Source of the DNA: Macrostomum lignano
Taxonomy: Eukaryota
Reading direction: 5' to 3'
Assembly: GCA_002269645.1 (NCBI GenBank)
Contig: NIVC01003967.1
Span: 3,331-67,330 of the forward strand
Length of the DNA: 64,000 bases
Positions 24,655 through 34,628 of this stretch are shown in pieces (the first letter of the stretch is position 1; each line of letters begins with the position of its first letter). Position numbers and translations under genes: made by a program. The notes under the pieces were generated by a model. It was not told where the DNA came from. It searched no databases and saw only the letters and a program-made list of their open reading frames with translations.

Positions 24655-25408
24655 TTAATCCTCATCGTCCTCTTTCATCAGATCTTTTAAGATTCGATTT
24701 TTCCTTTCTAACCTTGGGTTGATATATATATGTTTGTATTGGCTATCATCCCAAATTTTTTTACACAACTTTTAAATGTTTTGTATCCAACCCAGGATTA
24801 AATCTAGCGTGTATATTTTGTAAATCATAATTATCTAAATCAAACATTACACAACAACTTGCATTCTTTTTTATAATCGATTCTAATTCTCTAAAGGACT
24901 GTGTTAGATAAAAAGCTCCAATTCCATCTCCTCTACCACTAACAAAAATTTCCTTTTGCAATTCTTGATCACCGTCATTAATACAATCATCAAAAATAAT
25001 TAGTGTTTTATCATGTTTTGGAATTTGATCATAGGCTAATCGGGTTGATACTCTAACAGTTGGGGCTCGTTCGGTGATGTTTTCTGGTTGTTGTGCCATT
25101 GTTTTACATAAATCCTCAATGTCATCGAGTGTAAATCGCGGTTCGTCATCATCCTCATATTGCTCATATGCTCTTAACATTCTAAACAAGACATCTTTTT
25201 TTAATTTGTTTTTTAATCCATGTTTAAGAAATTCATAATATTTTATTCTAGGTTTGTTAGTATAAATTATTAAATTATTATAGTCTAACATTCCATCTGT
25301 TGTTAATAAATCGTAAACAAAGTGTGTTTTTCCTTTACCTGATCCTCCGATTACTAAACAAAGAAAAGGATCATTTGGAAATATCTTATCGTGTTTTGCC
25401 TTTACCAT
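24655..25408 (-). CDS. A32/FtsK-HerA-like genome packaging ATPase; C-terminal frameshift near 24770
   Basis: Walker A GGSGKGKT, Walker B LIIFDD, GRG..YLTQS; the other frame continues LCKKIWDDSQYKHIYINPRL...EDDED* to 24655. Confidence 0.92.
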
Positions 25409-25423
25409 TTTTAAAGAAATAAT

Positions 25424-26896
25424 TTAAATAGGCGCGTCCCGAACAATCGTGCCATCAGCTTTAGCAATTGACATATATTCCTCTAGAAACAATACGTGTG
25501 CGTCTATTGCCTGATTACCAGTTTTATTAATCTCTAACATATAATTAAGTCCAATATTGGCTACGTTTTCTTTCTGTGCCGTTAGATCATAAACAACCAC
25601 TGGATGAATGTTTAGAAACTCTGTGGGTGTGTACTGAGGGACGGCATACGCTTCATTTTTGGCATAATCTTGATAATATTTTATAAAATCATTAACATTA
25701 TTATTTGCTATATTTAAATTTAGGGGGTCTTTAACCGGATAATATTGATCATCAACCTGCAGGCGGATATTCTGAACATTAAACTCGTTAATAGCTGCAG
25801 CCGCATTGTCTGTTGCGGTGGCTGCTTGTTCTGCTATGGCACCGGATTGAAGCCAATATAAATCCCCATTTGCTCTTTTACTCCTTCTGTTTGTTATTTT
25901 AAACCAAACAAAAATATATCTCACCCGACGTTTTGATGTCAGTATTTGCCACTGGAATGAATCCTGGTTATTATTAATGGTTCGCATAAAATGTCGACGA
26001 TTCAAATAAAATATTTCCTGATCATGCGTTAACTGATTATCAATGTGTTTTAAAAGTGGGGCTGTTACCTCAATAGTTGGTACGACTAATTGAATTGAAT
26101 CTATACGAACTGCTATATCGGTTGAAATTGAGGTTCCATAAAGTATCCTAGGCTGATATCCACCAGATATTTGCAACTGTATCCCAAATTTTAATCCTTT
26201 CCATACCCGATTTGGTGAGAAGAACCCAAATAGCGGGAAGATTGAAAAGTCCTGCTCATATGCCGTTGCCGTGGTTAAAACTGCAACTGGGAATTTATTC
26301 TGGCGATCTATAAAGCCGGTGTTAATATCTTTTGTATTAGTCATAGTGGTTACAACTGGAACTATGTTTGTATTAAGGTAAGCAATTAGAGCTGCAGTAT
26401 CTGCACCAGCTGCGTTTTGTACATTAGGGAAAACTACTGCTTGACCGTTACCTTTATCCGGCATCCACCCAACATTATCACCAACTTGTTTTGATAAATA
26501 AGTATAATTTAAATGTTTCAAAACTCCATTAATCTCTGCGGGGTTTGATGATGTCTCAACCTCAGCACCATTAACAGTTAGTTGAGCTTGGGAAAAACAT
26601 TTATAAAACCAATCATTTTCTATTATTATTCCGGATCGATCTGCGATATCTCCGGCTGCAAGAGCAGTTCCATCATTTCTAGTATACAACCATCTAACGC
26701 GGAAAAACGCATTTTTCATATCCAATATAGTGTTGGTTGCGCCGATGTCAAAAGTTACCGTTCCAGTAGTAAAGTTATTTGAATTATCACTTGTTGGTAG
26801 GGTATAATTTAAATCTCTTGCTCTGACCTCATTAATATACTGTCGGTGCTTTTTGAAATGAAATTTATCACTCCACATAGTTTTTGTTTCAGCCAT
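25424..26896 (-). CDS. Major capsid protein (double jelly-roll, PY), 490 aa, intact
   Basis: Size; beta-rich sequence; position next to ATPase and penton; NDWFYKCFSQAQLTVNGAEVE, RVRYIFVWF, NIRLQVDDQYYP and VVYDLT segments typical of Polinton MCPs. Confidence 0.88.
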   Translation of the reverse strand: MAETKTMWSDKFHFKKHRQYINEVRARDLNYTLPTSDNSNNFTTGTVTFDIGATNTILDMKNAFFRVRWLYTRNDGTALAAGDIADRSGIIIENDWFYKCFSQAQLTVNGAEVETSSNPAEINGVLKHLNYTYLSKQVGDNVGWMPDKGNGQAVVFPNVQNAAGADTAALIAYLNTNIVPVVTTMTNTKDINTGFIDRQNKFPVAVLTTATAYEQDFSIFPLFGFFSPNRVWKGLKFGIQLQISGGYQPRILYGTSISTDIAVRIDSIQLVVPTIEVTAPLLKHIDNQLTHDQEIFYLNRRHFMRTINNNQDSFQWQILTSKRRVRYIFVWFKITNRRSKRANGDLYWLQSGAIAEQAATATDNAAAAINEFNVQNIRLQVDDQYYPVKDPLNLNIANNNVNDFIKYYQDYAKNEAYAVPQYTPTEFLNIHPVVVYDLTAQKENVANIGLNYMLEINKTGNQAIDAHVLFLEEYMSIAKADGTIVRDAPI

Positions 26897-26929
26897 TTTT
26901 TTAAGTTAAAAATTTTTTTATGTTAAAAA

Positions 26930-27601
26930 ATGAGTCAATTTATGGACGTTGATGGAGAGTTAGCGATTTATAAAGAGAAGCAAAGATATTCTGATTTTGT
27001 TAGAAATTTACAAAAAAGAAAGTTAGGAATACAATTAGCTGGCGAAAGATTTGCTGCTCCTTTTGTTAATCCTATTACTGGGAAAATTAGTGAACTAGAA
27101 AAAACAGATAAAGATCTTCTGGAAAAAATTGCTACGAATACTGAGCCAAAAGAGGATGAAATTTTGGATGAGCCGCCTACTTATGGTGTTGCTCATGCAC
27201 AATTGAGAGTTGCAGAGATTAGACGTGCAGAAAGGAATGGAGTTGAACAATATCAGAGAGCTGCACCACAAAGTATTGCTGTGATGGATTTAGGTAATGA
27301 TAATTATCGAATTGGTGGAGTTGATAAAAATCAGAATGAACTATATACAGAATTGGGTGGAGCGTTTAATATTATTATGAACCCTAGGGTAAAGTTTAAC
27401 CCTGAATTATATACTAGAGATGAATTAGTAAGTGCAAAAATTTTTTATGATGAGTTGGGAATAAGAGCTGCTAAAAATACCAGCTTGTATAAAAGGATTG
27501 TTGATTCTATAAATAACAAACCGGTCGTTGGTGAAGGATTTAAAACTCCTAGAAAACTTGTTTTAGCTGCTGCGAAAGCTGCTGGACATACTGGTGTTTA
27601 A
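26930..27601 (+). CDS. Polinton PZ-like protein, 223 aa
   Basis: C-terminal GEGF...KLVLAAAKAAGHT resembles the PZ-type L..A.K.AGNT motif; divergent from MCP. Confidence 0.6.
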   Translation: MSQFMDVDGELAIYKEKQRYSDFVRNLQKRKLGIQLAGERFAAPFVNPITGKISELEKTDKDLLEKIATNTEPKEDEILDEPPTYGVAHAQLRVAEIRRAERNGVEQYQRAAPQSIAVMDLGNDNYRIGGVDKNQNELYTELGGAFNIIMNPRVKFNPELYTRDELVSAKIFYDELGIRAAKNTSLYKRIVDSINNKPVVGEGFKTPRKLVLAAAKAAGHTGV

Positions 27602-27628
27602 TTAATTGTTAAATTTATTTTTTATAAA

Positions 27629-28198
27629 ATGGATGAAACAAAAATTTGTACTACGTGTAAAATTGAGAAACCGATGACTAAAGAATTTTTTTGTTGGAGA
27701 AACGATTCGAAAAAATTTAGAAATGATTGTCGATCATGTCATAATACTTCGTCTACAATGTGGATGAAAAACAATAAAGATAAATGGAAAGAATATAGAA
27801 AAAATAAATATCACACCGATGAAAATTACAAAAATATTACTCTAATTAGAAATAGAATAAATTGGGCGTTGAAAAATTTTAATGACAAGGACTATATCTC
27901 ATATCTTGGTTGCACAAAAGAATTCTTTTTTGATTGGTTAAATTTCACAAGAAATTATTATGTATCAAAAGATTATACTGGAAAGTTAGATATTGATCAT
28001 TTGATCCCCGCTTCTTCATTTACTTACAAAGATAATGACCAGATGAAAAAGTCTGAAAATTGGAGAAATAAAAGATACTTAACTAGCGCAGATAATCGCT
28101 ATAAAAAAGTTAAGCAACCAACTATCGAAGAATTTGCAAAACAATTAGTGTTAACTTGTATTTTTAAGGCTATTAAAAATGAACCAACTTGTGTTTGA
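27629..28198 (+). CDS. Zn-finger + HNH endonuclease-like protein, 189 aa
   Basis: CTTC..CRSC N-terminus; LGCT; DIDHLIP...NWRN..L...DN..K C-terminal HNH pattern as in NCLDV HNH nucleases. Confidence 0.75.
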   Translation: MDETKICTTCKIEKPMTKEFFCWRNDSKKFRNDCRSCHNTSSTMWMKNNKDKWKEYRKNKYHTDENYKNITLIRNRINWALKNFNDKDYISYLGCTKEFFFDWLNFTRNYYVSKDYTGKLDIDHLIPASSFTYKDNDQMKKSENWRNKRYLTSADNRYKKVKQPTIEEFAKQLVLTCIFKAIKNEPTCV

Positions 28199-29453
28199 AG
28201 GAGGATTGTTAGATGTTCAAAAAGGATTAACAAGCTTACCACCAATCTTTACTACTGGAAGGTATACAAATGAATTACACATCCCATCTTACAACTTCGC
28301 AGGCCCGGGGACTAGGTTAGATTTGAGATTAAATCCTGATAATACTCCAAAAGCCGATTCAATTCCCATTAACGGTATTGATTGGTTAGCATACTATCAT
28401 GACTTAGCATACAGAGATGCTGATAAGAACTCACCCGAGGAAGCATTAAGATTAAAACATGAAGCCGATAGAAAAATGATTCAAGGATTAGATAACTTAC
28501 AGGGCTTATCGGTAGGTCAAAAATTAACTAGATGGATGGTTAAAAAAATCTTACAGTCTAAAGTTAAATTTGGTTTGGGAATTAATTATAATCAACATGG
28601 AAATAATTGTGTTGAGTGTTTATTATTAAGTGGTAGTGGGTTAAGTTCTGATGAGGCAAAAGTTCTTCATAAAGAATATCGAAAACCTAAATTTTATAGA
28701 AAAATCATGAACTTCAAAAAGAATGAAATTTGGTATGCTGATTTAATGTCATTGCCGAGCGACAGAGGATATAAATATATTTTAACCATATTGGATGGTT
28801 TTACTCGATACGCGTGGGCAGTTCCTTTAAAATCCAAAAAGGGAGAGGAGGTTGCTGCTGCTTTTAGAAGTCTTGATGAAAAAAGTGAACGGTTGTGTGT
28901 TGATGAGGGAAAAGAATTTTACAATCCTCATATGTATAAATTATATCATTTTGAAAAAGGACAAGAAAGGAAAAAAGACGCGAATGGGGAGTATATTAAT
29001 AAAATTTATTCTATTTATGGAGAAAGTAAAAACGCATTAATAGAAAGATTTAATCGAACTTTAGGTAAGAAATTATGGTTTCAGTTTAGTCTTAATGGAA
29101 ACCAAAAGTGGGTAAAAATATTACCAGACGTTGTAAAAGATTATAACAATTCATATCATTCGGCTATAAAGATGACTCCTCAACAAGCTTATAACAATCC
29201 TGAAAAAGTTAAAGTTACTTTTGGAGAATTTGAAAAAAAGAAAACTAAAGGTTTTAAGGTTGGTGATTCTGTTTATATCTATAAATGGAAAGATAAGTTT
29301 GAAAAAGGAAGAAAAGGATATTGGAAGATAAGTGAGAAATTTACCATCAGTAAAGTTTTAAATACAAATCCTACAACCTATATAATTGCTGATAAGGATG
29401 GTGAAGAAATATTGGGTTCTTTTTATGAGAATCAGATATTATCTGCAAACTAA
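28179..29453 (+). CDS. Fusion of parvovirus VP1u-type phospholipase A2 and retroviral-type (RVE, DDE) integrase, 424 aa
   Basis: PLA2: YNFAGPGT Ca-loop and YYHDLAY catalytic HD. Integrase: WYAD, LCVDEGKEF, LIERFNRTL (D,D,E intact), then FKVGD..SH3-like C-terminus. One uninterrupted ORF. Confidence 0.93.
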   Translation: MNQLVFEGGLLDVQKGLTSLPPIFTTGRYTNELHIPSYNFAGPGTRLDLRLNPDNTPKADSIPINGIDWLAYYHDLAYRDADKNSPEEALRLKHEADRKMIQGLDNLQGLSVGQKLTRWMVKKILQSKVKFGLGINYNQHGNNCVECLLLSGSGLSSDEAKVLHKEYRKPKFYRKIMNFKKNEIWYADLMSLPSDRGYKYILTILDGFTRYAWAVPLKSKKGEEVAAAFRSLDEKSERLCVDEGKEFYNPHMYKLYHFEKGQERKKDANGEYINKIYSIYGESKNALIERFNRTLGKKLWFQFSLNGNQKWVKILPDVVKDYNNSYHSAIKMTPQQAYNNPEKVKVTFGEFEKKKTKGFKVGDSVYIYKWKDKFEKGRKGYWKISEKFTISKVLNTNPTTYIIADKDGEEILGSFYENQILSAN

Positions 29454-29463
29454 GTTCGAACAG

Positions 29464-29631
29464 TTACTTAAGACAACAAGGTAGTAAATTTTTTATAACA
29501 AACAAAAACAATATTATTACTATTATTGTTACTAATATTATTATTGACATTTGTTCAACTGTTATCAAACTTAAATTTTCATTAAGTTCATTAATCGGCA
29601 CATTTCCGATGTAGGAATAATTTACCTTCAT
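29464..29631 (-). CDS. Small single-pass membrane protein, 55 aa, with C-terminal CC (below the ORF-track threshold)
   Basis: TAAAAAAAATG start; MKVNYSYIGNVPINELNENLSLITVEQMSIIILVTIIVIILFLFVIKNLLPCCLK. Confidence 0.5.
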   Translation of the reverse strand: MKVNYSYIGNVPINELNENLSLITVEQMSIIILVTIIVIILFLFVIKNLLPCCLK

Positions 29632-29692
29632 TTTTTTTATATATATTTTTCATAATAAATGTCGTTTCTGTTATAGAATAATAATTCATTTT

Positions 29693-30007
29693 TTACATAA
29701 AAATTTCAATTTCATTCTCAGAATCACTGGTTTCATATGAGCTATTTGTTGATTCGGAATCTGTTGATCTAACCTCCCAATCATCCGAATTTAAATAATC
29801 TCCAAGTTGAAATATTAACTCTCCCTCTTGTTCTAATTCATACATCTCATCTAGCTCTAATGGATAAAGCTTTAGGTCATGCTTGTCGTCATATTTTAAA
29901 TAAACTTCATCAATTATTCCATTCAAAATATGTTGTTTTATTATCTCTGCATTTTTAGCAACAGTCTCAAAAGTATCACTAACAGAAAAGGTGTAAACTC
30001 GGGTCAT
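29693..30007 (-). CDS. Polinton acidic hypothetical protein, 104 aa
   Basis: CTAAAAATG start 17 nt inside the right TIR boundary. Confidence 0.6.
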   Translation of the reverse strand: MTRVYTFSVSDTFETVAKNAEIIKQHILNGIIDEVYLKYDDKHDLKLYPLELDEMYELEQEGELIFQLGDYLNSDDWEVRSTDSESTNSSYETSDSENEIEIFM

Positions 30008-30024
30008 TTTTAGTAACAGAAAAA

Positions 30025-30330
30025 GACCCTTCGCGCCTGCGGCGCGGGCAAGGGGTTATAGAGTAGTAGTATAGAAAAAGACGCTTACAGATCAGACCTT
30101 ATTTTAATGGCCGTTTTTAAGGTCTTAAGAGGGGGGACGCGAGGGGGTGTTGGGGAGTGTTTGGAAGTGTTGGGAATGATTTTTATTGTTAGGGGTGATT
30201 ATGGGTGATTAGATGTATTAATGGTGTTTAGATGTGTTTTTTTATTTACCCCCCGTGTCCCCCCTCTAGACCCTTAAAACGGTCATTAAAAAAGTGCTCT
30301 GGGTCTGTAAGCGTCTTTTTCTATACTACT
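30025..30330 (-). repeat. Right terminal inverted repeat (306 bp)
   Basis: Reverse complement of 13158-13463. Confidence 0.97.
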
Positions 30331-33300
30331 GAACAGGTCGACGCATCGCTCGATCGAGCAGTGCCGAAAATCCGCTAACGCTGACGAAGCTTACAAGCAG
30401 TTGTGGCTGCAAGCCTGTCACCTGCCATTCGACAACGATCTGGAGACCAGCGACATAAGGGAAGGCATAGAGTGCGACGATTTTCGAGTTTGGCGCAATT
30501 TCAGCACCGATCTGGGACTCGATCTGTCGAGTGTCGGGTCCGAACGAGGCCGTCGAACCGCCGCCATTGCCGAGTGCTACCCGTTCAGAGTGCCACCGCC
30601 AAGCCGCATGGGCGTCAGTTCGCTCGGCGAGTAAGTGCTGCATGGCGTTAGGCACGCAGATTTAAGACCACAAAGTGTCTTTTGATAGACAAAGAAGCCT
30701 CGCTGAGAAGGTTAACGATAATTTATGGTCGGATCACTACCAACGGCCATATCTCGTATGCATTAGCAAGCTCAATGAAATCTCAAGAAGGCCTTCTGCA
30801 ACGACAGACAGTAAAAAAGAAGACAATAAGACACACTAGGGTACACTAATACAATAATAAAACTCATAGATAGTACTAAGACAGCTTAAGACTAAAAAGT
30901 GCATCAGCCAGAGACTTATGTACAAAGCGACGAAAAGAGATATGCAGGCTTTGTGAGAAGGGAAAAAACTCCTTCTGTGTATTTGATGCCAGTGTGAACG
31001 AACATTATAGCTCTCTATAATAAATTCTCTATATAGTTCTCTACAGTTAAACTATTGTTGCATGCCATTGATCGATGTATGCATGGAGAAAGTGAACAGG
31101 AAGATTAGCAATTTTGAACGACTTGGAAAATTGTTCAATAAGTGAGGACCATATACGAGATTGAATGATTTCCAGTTTAAAAAAACTGAAACCATTTTAG
31201 TATATGGGGACTAGACAGTGCACCCCCAGGGGGGATAGTCAGGTAAATTATTTTCGATTTTCGACAGCTGACACTGCCGCATACAGAAACTGCTCTCAAC
31301 TTTGTGCAGCTATCTCGAATCCTCTGTCGTTGGGCGGCAGAAACGGAGCCGACAGCTCGCCCAGATGCGCCGCTTTGAGTCCCGAACGGCGGCGCAACTC
31401 GCCGGCTTGTCGTCAGTTCGTCGGCCGTCCCTGGACGCTGTCGGCCGAATCAAGCCGCCGCCGGGCTACAAACGATACCCGCCGACGCGTTTGTCGAAAC
31501 CAACGGCTCTCGTTGACGAACTGGACCCGGACTCCGCCGAGGTGATCACGGCTGACATGCAGCCGGACCTGTTTGGAAAGCTGGTGAAGAAGCGCCCGCC
31601 AAAACTGTGGAAGCTCAGCTACAAGACTGCTGGCGGCGGTGGCGACCAAGCCTTGAAGCGACAGCAGGCGCCTGCGAAGATAAAGACCCGATTTGAGCTG
31701 GCGAAATCTCCGACTAAATCGGCGTTTGCTACCGCCGACTGCATGCTGGCTCCGTCTGGAGGCAGAGACTGATTTGAGTGTTGCTTGTTTGGTGCACTCA
31801 ATTTGACTAACAACATAAGGGGCAAATCCGGGTGTAAAGTCGGGATTTTAATTGGTGAATCACGGCAATCTTTAGTGACGTCAATTCATTGGAGTATGGA
31901 GCCGAATAGTTACTGGGACCGCACCCTAATTGCGGCCATTCGATCGCTATGTACAGTTAACTCGTACACCATCATGTACATGAACACCAACTTTTTTCTA
32001 GTGATAAGTAAGCAACGGAATGATGTGAAATTTGGTTTTTCAAAGAGTTGAATAATCGTGTTTCTCTTGCGACTTTTATAAACAAAAAGTTGTCTCTCTT
32101 TATATTCGTGAAGAAACAATAAAATATACCCATTCTTATATTGCAAAATGTTGAAGATATACTTAAAAAATCTTACAATTATTACTGCCAGTAGTGCAAA
32201 AAGCAAAAAAAGCTTATCCTCGGAAGGAGAGAAATCAAAGCTAAATACTACGTAGCTTTTCTATGCATAGATAGAATTACGTAGGGCATTAGCTAGGATA
32301 TAAAAAATGCGAGCATTCGAACACTCAAAGCCATCTACACTTGAGACAGTCAAACTCTCGCTTTATAATTAAATTTTTATCTATAAAGCCTATAGAAAAG
32401 ATGGACCAGGGACAGACGCGTGCCAAACACTGACAAGTTGCTGTTTGCATTGCCACTATGATGAATAGAAAAATAAGAAGCCTCGATCGCTTAAGCTGAC
32501 TACCTGCAACGGCAAGCTGGTACTCACAGAAGGAGAAGGCAAACCCTGTGTCTTTTCGTAGAGCTAGTTTGAGACACTGGGCAAGACAAGCAGTCAAATT
32601 TCTGTGACATGTCAGACGTGATTTTGTGCTTGAAGAAAAGAAATAAACGCGAGATTGAGACTTTTTTATCTTTTTATTTAAACTAAACTCAAACCAGAGA
32701 GTTGTTTTGCTGCAAGGAAAATACTGACGGCAGCAACTGACAGAATTATATTTAGTAGTCAGTAGTTTTAACCAATAATTTATCCGGGGCCCACAGCATG
32801 GCCGCACACCCGGAAATGGAATTCAGTTCTAGCTGATAAGGGCGCTCCAGACATTTTTATGGTGCTTAACACCCCTAAAGCAGCTGGCGCACCGTCTGTT
32901 CAGTTTAATGTCAAGGATGCCTATGGTAGTCTTAAGTCCTTGTTAAATTCCATAGCTAGCAGTTATTGAGACCAACAATAGATGAAAAGCTCGATTTAAT
33001 TTGATTATAAAAAACTGACAACCCAAAGTTCTGATCATTTGAGTGATTTTTGCAGAAGCGAAATATGGGCATAAAATTGGGTTTTAGCGCAAAATTCAGG
33101 ACTGGAAGTCATACGCGTATTATTCCTACAGGTTTTCTCAGGTTCTTTTCATTCAAAAGGCTTTTGCAAAATTCAGACGCAATGCATAAGACACGACAAT
33201 TTAAGTAACCAGCATGTAGAGACAGAGTACAACGGTCACAGCGGTAAACGCGTGACTCGGACTGGTTGTTCACACCTATAAGTGGCCCCCAGGACAGTGT

Positions 33301-33391
33301 ACATGTCTGACTATTAGAAAGTCAGGGCCCCTGTACACCCTGTGTGAGCGTGTGCATGAGTCCAGGGTGCTCTCAGATCTCCTACGAATAC

Positions 33392-33540
33392 TATAGCATT
33401 TCTCAAGCCAATTGATCCTAGGAGCAAGCAATTTAATCCTTAGTGGGAAAATCAAGCTATTGAAGACTTGCTTTTCATCGTCTATGGCCTAAGGATTAAA
33501 TTGCTTGCTCCTAGGCTCAATTGGCTTGAAAAATGCTATA
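33392..33540. mobile_element. 149-bp fold-back MITE (TA-bounded, Tc1/mariner-type)
   Basis: 52-bp inverted arms 33392-33443 and 33489-33540 with 2 mismatches; TATA ends. Confidence 0.8.
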
Positions 33541-34441
33541 TTACTATTTACACTGTTCGAGATTTGTATTTCACACTACACACTACTACGCTCGTATTTG
33601 ACAAGAGAAAATAAAAAGCAGAAGATACGAGCATGCATGCAAATAATTCTGTGACGGAACACCTCAAATTCCGCAGGTTTTCCTTATTATTTTTAATCCA
33701 AACTTCATTTAAATACAGGTAAAAGAGGGTTAAAATTATTTTCGGAGTCCTTGAATGAGTAGTAAAAGATAATCACATACTATTACGGCCATAGACATCA
33801 AATCTGATTGGTATTTAAAGTCATTTGAAACAAGGTGTGGCTCTGCCAGTCGATCCCAAAACAACTAAAACAGCTACTCGCACATTAATCGACTATAAGA
33901 AGTTGCATTCTTACTTTCTGGCAAGTCAACATAGCAAATATAGCAAATAATTTGCTTTGCACTTTGTTTCTGTTTTGACTGACTCTGCATGGTTCCACGA
34001 TTGCTTTCTGGCTGCATTGCTGATTCGGACATTTAAAATTATTTTAGGCTGAGTAAATAATCGTACGAGCAGATCGTATTTAACTTAGGTACGAATTAAT
34101 TAAGCGACTTAGCACTGGAGGTCGGTCTGCAGGAATGTTTAACCAAAGTTCCCAATAGCCTAGTGTCGGTCAGGACACTTCCCTACGTTCCCTTCTCTAA
34201 AAAGCCTTCCCTACGGGGCTTGAATTACATGAATTGTACTAAAAAAGACGACAAAGCAAAGCTGCGCGTTCGAGAATAAAATTTGCCAGGTGTTCAAGCA
34301 AAACTAATAAAACCCACCAACAGCATTCACCGGCGCGGTAGAAAAGACCGCTAGATAACGATTATAAGAGACCTTGCTCAGGCCACAACAGGGGCTAAGA
34401 TAGGCGCTGGAAATTCTGTCCGGCCTTAGCACTTTTCCGCC

Positions 34442-34487
34442 ATTGGCTGGCCGAGCGACTTCTGCACGAACTGACCGTATTTAAATA
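34442..34487 (+). promoter_or_regulatory. Possible core promoter of the GPCR gene (reverse CCAAT box plus TATA-like element)
   Basis: ATTGG at 34442 and TATTTAAATA at 34478, ~150 nt upstream of the ATG; motif match only. Confidence 0.3.
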
Positions 34488-34628
34488 AAAAAGCAACGCT
34501 GATTATTTTGTTGCGCGCAGTAGAACAGACGGCAGAGTTATAACAGCTGGTAGCTCTGAACTCAATCTAAATTGAAAGCATAGAAACAAACAACATTATA
34601 AACCTGTCAGCTCGACTGCTTGGAAGAA

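Larger units (their letters stand above)
13158..30330. mobile_element. Full-length Polinton/Maverick (adintovirus-like endogenous virus), 17,173 bp
   Basis: 5'-AGTAGT...ACTACT-3' termini; 306-bp TIRs; 6-bp TSD GAACAG at 13152-13157 and 30331-30336; pPolB, integrase, ATPase, protease, MCP and penton genes; AT-rich relative to host exons. Confidence 0.98.
12982..31772 (+). pseudogene. Host gene of unknown function (reconstructed 310 aa, 2 coding exons) disrupted by the Polinton insertion
   Basis: Acceptor TGTTTAG at 12967, ATG 12982. Removing 13158-30336 joins 12982-13157 in frame to 30337-30630. GTAAGT donor at 30631; acceptor TGTGCAG at 31309; exon 31310-31772 ends in TGA. Total 933 nt = 311 codons with matching phase. 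Confidence 0.75.

Noticed and set aside
15540-24781. Programmed ribosomal frameshifting or an alternative genetic code in the Polinton
   Set aside because: Breaks are frame changes rather than in-frame stops, hit core enzymes and the penton mid-domain, lack consistent X_XXY_YYZ slippery sites, and are explained by single-base losses
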